Source: Scleropages formosus
Taxonomy: Eukaryota
NCBI RefSeq assembly: GCF_900964775.1
Contig: NC_041806.1
Span: 16,582,297-16,646,296 of the forward strand
Length of the DNA stretch: 64,000 nt
Direction of reading: 5' to 3'
A program made the position numbers and the translations under genes. Within the stretch, counting starts at the first letter, position 1; the number at the start of each line of letters is the position of its first letter. Shown piece by piece: positions 23,357-35,488 of this stretch. The notes beneath the pieces were generated by a model. The model was given only the letters and a program-made list of their open reading frames with translations. It was not told the origin of the DNA and ran no database searches.

Positions 23357-23928
23357 ACGCCCCCCTATATTCCACCATCTACTGATTATTTGTTTTAACT
23401 GAAATTATACCATTTGGACTCAATTTCTAACATTTATACACCTACTGTTCTATGTATCCATATGGGTGAAAAGAAGGATTCAACTCCCCACTTTTTTATC
23501 CTTTCATTTTTATTAAGAACAACAAAACAGCTGGTACATCTGGTAACATAGTGGTTACAGCTACTGCCTCTAGAGTCAAAGGTTGCTGGTTTGATCCCTA
23601 CCTCTGGCTAGGCTTAGATACAAATATCTAGGTATTTTTGGAGATATTTAGAAAAAACTGATATTCTGGGATATTTAGAAAAATTAAGCATAGTTGAGTC
23701 TACTTTGAGGGTTTCTTTGCATTTCTGCCGGTTTCACTGAGCAGACAAGCTAATCATCCAGCAGCTTTACTATTTCATAATATATCCTACAATGACTGGT
23801 CCAATCCAACATGGAGGATACCGATCATGATGACAGGCATACCCCCGAAGCTCAAACTTTCAGTACTAGTACAGCAATGAGGGAAAACGAAGCGGAGTCC
23901 CTTTTTTGATCATCTCAAAACTCCAGCA

Positions 23929-24237
23929 TTGAGTAATTTGTATAGAAAAAGAAAATTGTCAACTGATACTCAAAGGAATCGCTATTCTCTGTCAGCACCT
24001 AGGAAAAATGAGCCAAAAATCTCAGCCAAACAAAGAGCTGACAAATTCAAAGGAGAAACTTTTGTTGCAAGGCAGCGTGGAAGTTTATATTGTGAAGCAT
24101 GCCATGAAGAAATTTCTGTGAAGGAGCAGAATATAGGGGTGCATGTTGCGAGTCCTAAGCACAAAACAAACAATAAAAAAATTGTCAAAGACCAAAAAGA
24201 AGGACTAATTTATCGCAGAGGCCATGGCGAAGTATGA
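23929..24237 (+). pseudogene. hAT transposase N-terminal fragment (BED-type zinc finger)
   Basis: YCEACHEEISVKEQNIGVHVASPKH fits a C-x2-C...H-x5-H pattern. Truncated by the Gypsy insertion at 24294. Confidence 0.45.
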
Positions 24238-24626
24238 TCAAGTTCACCACCCAAAGGGTGAGACCATGTCTATTGCAACATGCTTCTTCTGAGTGTCACG
24301 GTTGTGCGTAGCGCGGACGGACTCAAGTGCAGAGTGTTCGGATCGTCGTGCACGGAAGCCGAATCAGAATCCATAATCGTAGTCGAGGGGCAGGCGAGGG
24401 TCAGGCGATCAGCAAATGTCGTAGAAAGGGCTAGGCAAAGAACGTGGTCAGGAGGAAACAGGCAAAGGGTCGAAGTCGTAATGGGTCTCTCAGGAATACG
24501 GTTCGCAGGGAAACAAGGAGGCAAAACAAGGTTCCGCGTCTGGGCTTCCTCGGCTTCCCTCTTTATAGTCGTTCCCATCAGGGAACGGCAGGTGTCGCAG
24601 AGGTGCCAGATGCGGAGAACGTGACA

Positions 24627-26852
24627 GTACCCCCCCCCTCCACGGGCAGCTCCGGACGCCCTGGGCCGGGAAGGAGGACGCCCCCGGGGGCGCGGAGCCG
24701 GGCACTCGGGATGGTCCCTATGGAAAGCGGCCATCAGGTCGGTGTCCAGGATGTCCGAAGCAGCTACCCAGGAACGCTCCTCCGGATCATACCCCTCCCA
24801 ATCCACCAGATATTGTAGTCGACCTCTCCGTCGGCGGGAGTTTAGCAGGGCTCGGACTGCGTAGACATCGTCCTCTGTGAGGGGTAGTGTCGACGGTGGT
24901 GAGGTTGTTTCTACTGGTGGCTGATGCAAGGACACCCCAACCGGTTTCAGGAGGAAAACATGGAATGTTGGGTGCACTCGGAGGTCAGGAGGTAACTGAA
25001 GGCGGTAGGTAACCGGCGTGACACGACGTACTACCTTGAAAGGGCCGATGTAGCGGGACCCGAGTTTCTTGGAGGGGGTCTTCAGGTGAAGGTCTCGGGT
25101 GGAGAACCAAACTCTTTGTCCAGGCAAGAACGAAAGGGTGCGCCGGTGCCGGTCAGCCTGACGTTTGTGGCGTTCCGCACTGCGGAGCAGGTGGGCCCGG
25201 ACCGTCCTCCAGACACGGGTGCTCTCCTTATGCCATGTCTCCACAGCCAGAACAGGATTTGGAGAGGTCTCACTGGGGAACAGGACAGGTTGGTAGCCTA
25301 ACACACACTGAAAGGGCGACATACCTGTGGATGTGTGAGGCGCGGAGTTGTGGGCATACTCTGCCCAGGCCAGGTGGCGAGCCCAGTGGTGGGGTCTTTG
25401 GGAGCAGTAGGCTCGGAGAAACCTTGCAACATCCTGTTGCAAGCGTTCCACGTGACCGTTGGCTTGCGGGTGATATCCTGATGTAAGGCTGACCGTCACT
25501 CCGAGCCGGCTCCAAAAGGCCTTCCATACCCGAGAGGTGAACTGGGGACCTCGATCGGAAACAATGTCTTCGGGGAGTCCGTAGAGTTTAAAGACTTGCT
25601 CGAATAGGACCTCCGACACCTCGAGAGCGGTGGGCAGCTTCGGAAGGGGCACCAGTCTGCAAGCCTTAGAGAAATGATCTATGATGGAAAGGATCACGGT
25701 CTTACCTTCTAAGACCGGGAGGTCCACTAGGAAATCCAGTGCCATGTGGGTCCAGGGTCGGGTCGGCGTAGGCAAGGGTTGTAGGAGACCTGCTGCCTTT
25801 TCGGGCAGGGTCCTGGTCTGGGAGCAGGTGGCACAGGCCTGGATGAAGTCCCTGACATCGTCGGACAGCGAGGGCCACCAGAACCGTCTTTGGACCAGGG
25901 ATAGGGTACGGCGGATCCCGGGATGCCCGGCCTCCGGAGCCTCATGGGCCCATTTCAGCACCGCTGCGTGGAAGGAACTGGGGACATACACACAGTTGGT
26001 TGGCCTCCCGGGCGGTTCTGGTTCGCTGTCCTGGGCTTCTTGGATGTCCTGGAGGAGTTGCCAGTGGACCGGACCCACCACGCATCCCTGGGGTAGGATC
26101 TCCTCTGGGTTGGGGGGCAGTGGTTCGGGGTCATGAACCCGCGATAAAGCATCAGCTTTCCCATTCTTGGAATCTGGCCGATAAGAAACAGTAAAGTGGA
26201 AACGGGTGAAGAACAGGGCCCATCGGGCCTGGCGGGAGTTCAACCGTTTTGCGGTCTCTAGGTACTCTAGATTGCGGTGATCCGTGAGTACCACAAAGGG
26301 ATGGACCGCACCCTCCAGCCAGTGACGCCACTCCTCAAGCACGAGCTTGATAGCAAGGAGTTCCCTGTTCCCAATGTCGTAATTCCGCTCGGCAGGGGTC
26401 ATCTTCCTGGAGAAGAAGGCACAGGGGTACAACCTGGGAGGGTCCCCTTGCCGCTGTGACAGGATTGCACCCACCTCTACCGAGGAGGCGTCGACCTCCA
26501 CCACGAACGGCAAGGAAGGATCCGGTTGTTTCAGCACGGGGGCGGAGGTGAACCGTGTTTTTAACTCCTGGAAGGCCTTCTCCACCTCCGCCCCCCACGG
26601 GAGTCTTCGGTCCTTGCTTGCCGTTGACGCGGTAAGGGGTGCGGCTACTGTGCTGAAATTACGTATGAATCGATGATAGAAATTGGCAAACCCAAGGAAG
26701 CGCTGGAGCGCCCTTACTGTGGTAGGTCGAGGCCAGAAGGTTACTGCACCCACCTTCCTGGGGTCCATGGAAACTCCCTCCTGGCTCAGGATGTAGCCCA
26801 GGAAGGAGATTTGGCGTTGGTGGAATGCACACTTCTCTGCCTTCACATACAA
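24627..26852 (-). CDS. pol of chromovirus B: RT C-terminus, RNase H, integrase, chromodomain
   Basis: Continuous ORF with the IN zinc finger [18 protein letters not shown]...CATCSQ, a DDE core and the chromodomain [19 protein letters not shown]. The listed ORF 24270-26852 reads on into the LTR. Confidence 0.75.
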
Positions 26853-26891
26853 TCGATGTTGTAGGAGCCGCCTGAGGACCGCCCGGACCTG

Positions 26892-28172
26892 TTAGATATG
26901 CTGCTCTCGGGTCTTCGAGTAGATCAGTATATCATCCAGGTAAACGATGACGCAGTGATGAAGGAAATCGCACAACACATGGTTGAGAAAGGCTTGGAAA
27001 ACTGAGGGGGCATTAGCTAGACCAAAGGGCATGACCCTGTACTCATAGTGACCTAGTGACGTGGAGAAGGCCGTCTTCCATTCATCCCCCTCACGGATCC
27101 GGATGAGGTTATATGCACTGCGGAGGTCTAATTTCGAGAACCAGGTCGATCCATGGATTCCCTCCAGAGCCGAGGTAATCAACGGTAAGGGGTGCGGGTA
27201 CTTGACCGTTATGGCGTTCAACCCTCGGTAATCTATGCACGGCCTCAGTCCCCCGTCCTTCTTACCGATAAAGAAGAACCCCGCCACTGCTGGTGACGTT
27301 GACGACCGGATCAGACCAGCTTCGAGGGCCTCCCTGATGTACTCCTGCATGGCCCGTTGTTCTGGTAACGACAGGGGGTACACCCGGCCCCGAGGTGGTG
27401 TGGTACCTGGCAAGAGGTCTATAACACAGTCCTAGGACCGGTGAGGAGGCAGTTCGGCGGCGCGGACCTTGCTGAAGACCTATCGTAGATCCTCATAGTC
27501 CAGGGGTATGACCGGCGGGGGAAGGCCCTCTACCCCTTCCACCGACGTGGCCCGGCAAGGAAGCGTGAGGCAGGATGCGTGACAGGATCTTCCCCAAGAA
27601 ACCAGCTCCTTGGTACTCCACCTAAAGACGGGGTCATGTCGTGCCAACCAGGGGTAACCTAAAATGACAGGGGTGTCTGGAGCTCGGATCAGAAAGAAGG
27701 TGAGTTTCTCGTGATGACACGCGCTTGTTTCGAGCACGAGAGGTGCCGTCCGGGAATCAACCACCCCATCACCCAGGGGTTGACCATCCAGGGCTTTCAC
27801 ACTCCGGGTGACTTCACATGTTTTTATAGGGACATGGTGCGCTTGGGCAAAGCCTACATCCATGAAACAGCCTGCGGCTCCGGAATCTATGAGGGCGTTC
27901 GTCTGCACCCGGCTTGCCCCCCAAGAAAGACTCACCGGCAGACGTAGCTGTCCCCGGTGCTCCCCTGGACTCGCCTTCGTTTCTGTGGAGGTCCCCTGAG
28001 GTGGTCGCTCGGGGCACGCCGCACGGAGATGCTCCGGGGACCCACAATAGAGACACAGTCTCCCCACCTGGCGCCGTCTCCTTTCTTCTTTCTGGAGCCG
28101 GTCCTCCGCTGGGCTGGTCCCCAGGGGTTGTCGACTGCTGCCAAGATTGTCGATGGCGATGGCTGTCTCCAC
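26892..28172 (-). pseudogene. PR-RT region of chromovirus B (single in-frame TAA near 26890; break between PR and RT near 27413-27480)
   Basis: PR motif LIDSGAAGCFMD. CCHC knuckle CLYCGSPEHLRAAC. RT motif YLDDILIYS. Only one nonsense codon separates the RT ORF from the downstream 860-aa ORF. Confidence 0.7.
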
Positions 28173-28231
28173 AAACCGGTCGAAGTCCTCCTACTCACCC
28201 CTGTACGTGAGCTCGTCCTGGATCCGGGGAT

Positions 28232-28860
28232 TCAGCCCTTCGAAGAAGCAGGTGAGGAGGGCAGGGGAGTTCCAGCCACTCTTGGCCACGAGGGGTCTGA
28301 ACTCAAGAGCGTACTCAGCCACGCTTCTACTTCCCTGGGTGAGACGCATGAGATAATTACCCGCCGCGCGTCCCGCGTGCGGGTGGTCGAAAACCGCTTT
28401 GAACTTTCGCGGAAAATGTCATAGGTGGTTCTAGGGCGAGTGCGCCACCCAGCGGCGGCCCACGCCCGGGCTGGACCGGTCAACAACGACAGGACAAAAG
28501 CGATCTTAGCTGCGTCCGTCTGATACATGCGCGGAGAGCACTCAAAAACCAACTCGCACTGCATCAAAAAGTCCTGACATTGATCGGGCGAACCGTCATA
28601 CCTCTCTGGGGTCGCGATCCTTGTGACCGTCCCCAAAGCCTCGAGGGGTGTGGGCGGGACCGGCTCAGCAGGAGTCGCGAGTGCACCCTGGAAGGCGGGG
28701 TTGAGAATACCTCCGGTTTGGAGGACCTGGATTAATCCGTCGACCTTTTCTTGTATGCGCTGCAACGATTGGAAATGCGTTCCCAAAAAGTCGCTTTGCA
28801 GGGTGAGCGCAGTACACAGTTGCGCATACTCTGCTGAGTCCTGGTAGCAGGCGGAACCTT
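28232..28860 (-). CDS. gag of chromovirus B
   Basis: ORF ..TEGSACYQDSAEYAQLCTALT... ends upstream of PR. Its start overlaps the LTR end. The initiator is GTG rather than ATG at the position where copies A and C have ATG. Confidence 0.6.
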
Positions 28861-29383
28861 CTGTCACGGTTGTGCGTAGCGCGGACGGACTCAAGTGCAG
28901 AGTGTTCGGATCGTCATGCACGGAAGCCAAATCAGAATCCATAATCGTAGTCGAGGGGCAGGTGAGGGTCAGGCGATCAGCAAACGTCGTAGAAAGGGCT
29001 AGGCAAAGAACGTGGTCAGGAAGAAACAGGCAAAGGGTCGAAGTCGTAATGGGTCTCTCAGGAATACGGTTCGCAGGGAAACAAGGAGGCAAAACAAGGT
29101 TCCGCGTCTGGGCTTCCTCGGCTTCCCTCTTTATAGTCGTTCCCATCAGGGAACGGCAGGTGTCGCAGAGGTGCCAGATGCGGAGAACGTGACACCGAGT
29201 AAAGGTTGTACAAGCCTTCTTGAAGCATGGTACCTTACCCCCCTTAATAGAATGGATTTCTTTTGAGATGTCTTTGAAGAGGCGAGTTTCTCTCTAACTT
29301 CAAGTTCCAACATGCGATAGTTTATTCCTTTTATTTTAGAGGAGGAGTTCAAGGCCATTTTCAGTGAAGTACAGGGTAAAGAT

Positions 29384-30610
29384 GTGTCCATTATTTTTGA
29401 TGGCACTACCTTAGATGGAGAGGCATTGGTAGTCCTTTTCTGTTTTTTAGAGAACTGGGAGGTGCAGCAGAGACTGGTGAGATTCAAGTTTGTTAAGAGT
29501 TCTGTGGACGGAGATGAACTTGCCCGTATCATGATTGAAGTCCTGCACAGAAAGATCAGTGTGCTGGCTGGAAATCTTTTGGCAGCCATGAGAGATCGGG
29601 CATCCGTCAACACAAAGACATTGAGAACCATATCAGCGCCCTGTTCCGGAATGATAGACATTGGCTGTATCTCACACTTGCTAAATAGAGTTGGAGGGAA
29701 ATGTAAGACCCCTGTACTCAAGTCATTTATGACAGCTTGAAACTTCATATTCGCTACTAGTATGAAAGGTCGTAGGGTGTGGAAGGAAATCACAGGAGGA
29801 CAGGCAATGGCAAGATACTATGCTACGAGATGATGGAGCCTGTGGGAGTGTGAGAAGATGGTTTTCGAAGGGTGGAAGCATGTTGTTGCCTTTATACAGA
29901 GCGATGAAGAGTTCTTCGAGATTTCAAGACACAAGCTCAGCAAAGTAGTGAATAACAACAAAGTTCAGCTGAGGGTAGAACTGGCAGCCTTTATGGAATT
30001 GGAGCAGTGTGTGAAGACCACGTATATCCTTGAAGGAGATGGCACTTTGATCTTTATTGTCTATGAGAAGTCTGATGTTGGGAGCTTTCATTCAAGTCCA
30101 TAATTTCCCTTCACTCACAGCAACAGTCCAAGAACTGTTCCCTGCAAATGCTGTAGAGCAGCAACGATGGTACCAGCATGGTCTGAGGGAGTGTTTGACA
30201 CCAGCTTTTGAGTATTATGCGCAGACCATTGCTAACGATGTCACAGTTTCCCGTTCCCTTAGAGTCTTCCAAGCCTCTCAGCTCTTCAGTCCAAAGTATG
30301 TCAAGGTATCCCGACCAAACGCTGCTGATGTTGAGAAGATAAGGACCGTGACCTTTCTCAGTGGAGACGTTATCCAGGCCCACAAAGACAAGCGACCAGC
30401 CTACATTGCCAAAGCTGCTGACATTCCGGATGACTTCAACAAAGTATCTGACACCTTGCCCTGGTGGAGAACTGTTGCTGACAAACTCCATTCCTAATCT
30501 TCAGCAATGAGGAAAGTTGTTCTAATGCAGCCGTCATCTGCAGCAACTGAGAGGGTTTTCTCGTTACTGGTCACCATGTTTGGTGATCAACAGCATGGGC
30601 TCTAGAAGAT
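29384..30610 (+). pseudogene. hAT transposase core/C-terminal fragments (frameshifted)
   Basis: ORFs 29384-29740, 29858-30103 and 30057-30497 lie in different frames. The terminal ...LPWWRTVADKLHS...MQPSSAATERVFSLLVTMFGDQQHGL* is the hAT family dimerisation signature. Confidence 0.6.
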
Positions 30611-31435
30611 TACACTGAGGTGGCATTGATACTATGAGGTAACGAACGTTAGAACAGGACTCAATATAGTTGTCCGCTAAGCATTTACATCGACTACTGT
30701 TGTAATGATTATTAGGCTATCAGTCAAATGCTGATCTTTAGTGTATAAATCCAACAATAGCCTGCCTCTGTAAACATGTTATTTGTTGTTTTGGATTCGA
30801 CACACTTTAATAACTTTTCTGCCAACCCGCTGGAACCTGAATCAGGTGTAAAAGTTCTGAGATTCAAGTCATTTCAAGTACAGAATAAAACTCTTTTTAC
30901 ACGTTTATTTGTTAGTCTCATCCTTTCTTAGACAACACATAATCTTTAAAATAATATAGATATGTATATAGATATTTAGGCATTTTTGAGGATATTTAGA
31001 AAATTTTATGGGATATTTAGAGAATTTTTTTGAGATATTTAGAATTTTTTCAGGAATTATGGGATATTTAGAATTTTTTTCAAGAATTTTCGGAGACATA
31101 TTTAGGTCAAGATTCAGGATATTTGTATCTAAGTCTACCTCTGGCTGTACTACCCTGTTAGCCATCTGATAGGCATTTAGTGGTATCACTAGTTACCAAG
31201 CAAGGGTTCATGTCTCATTAGCTTAGCTGGAATGCAGAATATACAAAGCATCATGTTCAAGTTGAAATTATGCATAAAGCTGAGACCATATAGATTGTGT
31301 GTCAGATGTGTCTATGATTTTATTGTACATTATATTTTGACTCTCTTTTCTTTATTCTTAATTGATGACTACAAATATAGACTTACACATGTAGATAAAT
31401 TGTTCTCGGGGTGCCATTCTTGGATCCAAACCAAT

Positions 31436-31535
31436 TACACACACACAGTCTGAAACCACTTGTCTCAAGTGGGGTCGCACCCCAAGCAGGACTTGAACCC
31501 CAGACCCACCAGAGAGCGGGACCGCGCCTCCCCTC
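31436..31535 (-). mobile_element. Internally deleted tRNA-derived SINE family 1
   Basis: (AC)n plus cttgtctcaagtggggtcgc...agacccaccagagagcgggacc. Confidence 0.5.
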
Positions 31536-33648
31536 AAACCAATTACATTAAATACAATTTTAATACATAGTGATAAAGCACTATTTAAAAAATTTCAGCC
31601 TAAATATAACTCTGGAGACCATTAAACCATGTTGTCCAGTATATTAAACCCTGAATAAAACTCCATGTCTTATTTCCTGATGACAAGGCACTATGACGGG
31701 CCCTGTATAACAACACCATGCTTTGGGAAGGTGATCTCAACCAACAGAGTCTCCATGTTCAGCCAAGAGTGATATGGATTATAATGTCCACATCAGACAC
31801 TGGTTGAAGGGAAAAGGCTTTTTAAGTGCATTGTTTTCTGAGTTGTGATCATTCTGCACCCCCTTCCAGATAGAAGATTTGGAAGATGTGATGATTGTGA
31901 CAGAAAGGGTCTATGAAGGGTCTGGTTTTCTGCATGCTTAGTGGTCCTAGAAGTGAACAGGTCCTATAGTTGGGGCAGGTCATAGCCAGTGATCCTCTCT
32001 ACTGACCAAACAATGCGTTGTAAACTTGCTTTTTTCCCCACTGGTGCATCATTGTCTGAGAACTGGTTTTTCAGCTTCTCAGAGAACCTCTATTCTGCTG
32101 TTCAGATTCCATTTTTCAGTCTGTACTAGGCCACTTTAAAGAAGTCTTTAGGCTCTTTTACTTTTCTTTGTTGTATCTAAGCTTGTTTTTTGTGGGAATG
32201 CAGCTGTCCTTACAAAAGGTGACATATGAGCTAATAGTGTGTGCATGTTCTTCTAGGCTGCTGTTGCATCCAGTCTCTACAGTAAAAACAGGTCTAAAGA
32301 TTTTCTATGGCTTTACAGGCAAATTTTCTCATCAAAACGACAGGGTTTGCAGAGTTTCATTTTTCTTCTTGGCTCAAATCCGTATTGTAGAAGTGTCTCA
32401 GAATGAAAATATGTTACTTGTGACACAATTGTTCCACTCCAATTACCTGTTCGGCCAGCCTCTGTGTGCATCCTGAGCAAGCTGGTGTAAATAAAATATA
32501 TATTTTGCTTCAAATTTGCACAGTCACAGATCATGTGAATTTAGGCAAGGGTGTTTGTCTTATGAATGCCTGCATTGTTGAAATACAGACTGCATAATGT
32601 TTTCCTTTGTAGTCAGTCGTCATCCAGCTCTGTTCTTATCAAATGAGCTTATTGCTGTATATTCCAAGCCAAGTTCCCTGAGCAACTACATAACAATCCA
32701 AGACTAACATGTGATGCATATGGTCTTCTTTAAGAATAAGAGCATATACAGTATGTGCAAGGCTAAAAAAAAAACATGCTTAACTTTCGAATGAAAACCT
32801 GAGCAGGAAGTTTTCTTATCAACAGTGTCAAAACATGAAATAGCATGTGTGTAATACAGTACAACACTGACTGTTGATTCCTGTAATTTTCTCTTTGCTT
32901 TCCACTGATGTACGTAGGGCAGCATTCTTGTCTGCTTTTATCATCAACAATCCATCACCACTATTACTACTGAAAGACATGTGGTGCCAAGAAACACTGT
33001 GTGAAACAACCTACAAAATGATAGAAAATAAGATATGAGGTACTGTGCACAGAACCCTGTGAACATGAAGGGCCTACTGTACCTACACTGATTTCATTAA
33101 TCTTTGGGAAAGCAGTGAATATCTTAAGTAACAAGTAACAGTTTTAACAACAGTTTGAGAGATACAGTGGAGATTCAGGCTACTTGCAAAGAGTTGGAGG
33201 AATAATTGTCCTTAAAATAACTGTTGATGAAAATAAATCAAAATTGAATTAAAAAATGTGTGCTTAAGTGATTGCAGACATCAGTATGAAAAAAAAGTGT
33301 CTACTCTGACTTTTTGCATTTAGTTCCTAGTGTTTTAAGTTATGTTAGAGGTGGCTAGCAGCAGTGGAGAAGTCAGGACTTCCAAGAATGTTTAAAGCGT
33401 GGTTACGTCAGTACAGCATTCTCTGGGCCCCTCGGACATATGAAGTCCCAATATCAACAGTGGTCTTATTCAACAGAAAAAAAAGCCGTTTCCTCTGCAG
33501 GTGGTTTAGCATACCTCAAAACATGAGCAGCACTGCCTTGTATGGGCAATATAACAGTCTGAATTTTAAGGCAACACAGGTAAAGGAAGTCCTGAAATAT
33601 AGAGACTCAAGTGATCCTAGATCCAATGCAAGAAGCATCTAGGTGAGA

Positions 33649-33845
33649 ACAGCTGGTAGTGTAGTGGTTATTGCTGCTGCTGCTGCTGCCTTTGGACTCC
33701 TGCGTTGCAGTTTTGAGTCCCAGGTATAATACCCTTAAACAAGATGCATACCCTAAATTGCTCCAGTGAAATTACTCAGCTGTATAAATGGGCAAATAAT
33801 TGTACAGTAATTTGCTTTGGAGAAAAAAATTCAGCTAAATGAATA
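33649..33845 (+). mobile_element. tRNA-derived SINE family 2
   Basis: agctggtagtgtagtggtta...gcctttggac...ctgtataaatgggcaaataattgta...gctttggagaaaa. Contains a (GCT)n run. Confidence 0.65.
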
Positions 33846-34061
33846 TATGTAAATATTGATGACTGAGGTGTTTAAATTTTTCCCACTTGAAAAACTCAGA
33901 TTTGATTAGCATGACAACTGCAGGGAATTCATGAATGTTCAGACACCCTTACTGAAGTTATTAGAAAGTGCTACATGATCACATCTGTGCTATACTGGAA
34001 CCTTTGGACTCTGAGCCCTCACTCTGTGTATGTGGACATATTTAAAACGTCTCAGTGTAGC

Positions 34062-34235
34062 CAAGGGGGTGCAGTGGATTTGACTGGGTCCTGTTCTCTG
34101 GTGGGTCTGGGGTTTGAGTCCTGCTTGGGGTGCCTTGTGATGGACTGGCATCCTCCCGGGTGTATCCCCTCCCCCTCCAGCCGTACACCCTGTGTTGCCG
34201 GGTTAGGCTCCGGTTTGCCGCAACCCCACTTGGGT
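34062..34235 (+). mobile_element. tRNA-derived SINE family 1 (diverged, tail-less)
   Basis: gggggtgcagtggatttgactgggtcctgttctctggtgggtctggggtttgagtcctgcttgggg... Confidence 0.6.
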
Positions 34236-35271
34236 TCAGTAGCCAACTATTGCTGTAACCATGTTCTAGCAATAAAACTATTTTAAAATAAGTATGAAAG
34301 AAACAAAATCTGTAAGTACTGAAATAACATGGTGAAGTGGTTTGCTCCAAAACGGCAAGACCAACCAGGACGCACTTCAGGCAGATCATGGAGAATAACT
34401 AAAGAAGAACTGCCCTCCTTGGTGGCGTTTCCCTTTGACGTTGCGCAGCTAATAGGCTAATGTGCCACAGAAAAAAAAGGGGAGAAGCTCCATGAAGAGA
34501 ATTAAAAAGAACCGAAACCGACAAGGGGAAGTGGGAAAATGACGGGACGTGTCTCCTCCTAGTAACTACACAGAAGTCTCTTGCATAGGTTAAAGAAAAA
34601 GAAATTACCCGACAGGGAAGTCTGCATTGTTGTTCCAAAAGAGCGGAAATTTCCGTTTCTGCGCATTCCTGCGAGCGTTCTTATGCGCACTTGCGCAACA
34701 GCTGTGCAGATCTGGCTCTGGAATTTCGTCTCCGAACATGTTGCCCCCTCCCAGTTTTGAGGAGAGTTATGCGCGCGCAGGAGGAGTGCGGTCTGCGGAA
34801 GGACACTGGAACTGCTTTGGAAATGGAAAAAAATGTGACTGTGCAGCAGATGTCAACCTGAACTTTGGTGTGTGTCCTCATTTTTTCCAGCATGTAATCC
34901 CAGTGTTTTAAGATGTGTCTTAATCGCATGTTTGATCTTCTTGTGGCGAGCTGAGAAACACTTCTTCCCAGCGTTCAGTGAGTTGTTCCTAAGCGCTAAG
35001 GCATCGCCGTGATTCCAGCACGTGTCCATCCACGTTGACTCAGGTAATGTGCCGCCATTTTGTTGTGGCTTCATCACCATTATAGTTCTTTTCATAAGTG
35101 TTCCACCTTCCCATAATCCTTTTTATAATGTGCCTATGTATTTTGGGGTTAATTTGCACCATGAAATCACACTGTTACACAAATTTCCCGTTGTAAGGAG
35201 GTCAAGTTGTAGTTGTTTGTCATAGGTGGGGGAAAAAGTGTGTTTCACAATGAAAAATGTCACCTAAAAGT

Positions 35272-35488
35272 ACACACACACACACACACACATTTTCAGA
35301 TCTGCTTGTCCCATACGGGGTCACGGGGAACCGGAGCCTACCCGGCAACACAGGGCGTAAGGCCGGAGGGGGAGGGGACACACCCAGGACGGGACGCCAG
35401 TCCGCCGCAAGGCACCCCAAGTGGGACTCGAACCCCAGACCCACTGGAGAGTAGGACCCGGTCCAACCCACTGCGCCACCGCACCCCC
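35272..35488 (-). mobile_element. tRNA-derived SINE family 1
   Basis: (AC)n on + strand. TSD CACCTAAAAGT on both sides. Confidence 0.8.

Larger units (their letters stand above)
24294..29194 (-). mobile_element. Ty3/Gypsy chromovirus (copy B), young and near-intact
   Basis: 333/334-bp LTRs at 24294-24626 and 28861-29194 are almost identical (TGTCACGG...CGTGACA). PPT GGAGGGGGGGGG. Flanks CTGAG/CCGAG. Contains gag, PR, RT, RNase H, IN and a chromodomain. Confidence 0.85.
23609..31137 (+). mobile_element. hAT DNA transposon (about 2.6 kb without the insert) carrying a nested chromovirus
   Basis: 20-bp TIRs: TAGGCTTAGATACAAATATC on the left and the inverse of TAGACTTAGATACAAATATC on the right. 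Perfect 8-bp TSD CCTCTGGC at 23601-23608 and 31138-31145. Subterminal GATATTTAGA repeats occur at both ends. Encodes a BED finger and the hAT dimerisation motif SSAATERVFS. Confidence 0.8.

Noticed and set aside
23527-23608. tRNA-like sequence (ggtaacatagtggttacagc...ggttgctggtttgatccc) just left of the hAT element, and similar A-box/B-box-like segments at 31146-31200, 43150-43210 and 44690-44800
   Set aside because: These have SINE-head architecture: an imperfect cloverleaf, no CCA or terminator context, and family-2 SINE bodies that continue beyond them. I am not calling them tRNA genes.
29384-30497. Three adjacent plus-strand ORFs that might be taken for exons of a host gene
   Set aside because: They carry the hAT transposase dimerisation signature and sit between the hAT TIRs, so they are frameshifted transposase remnants. 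A domesticated hAT-derived gene cannot be excluded, but TIRs and TSD are intact and the frames are broken.
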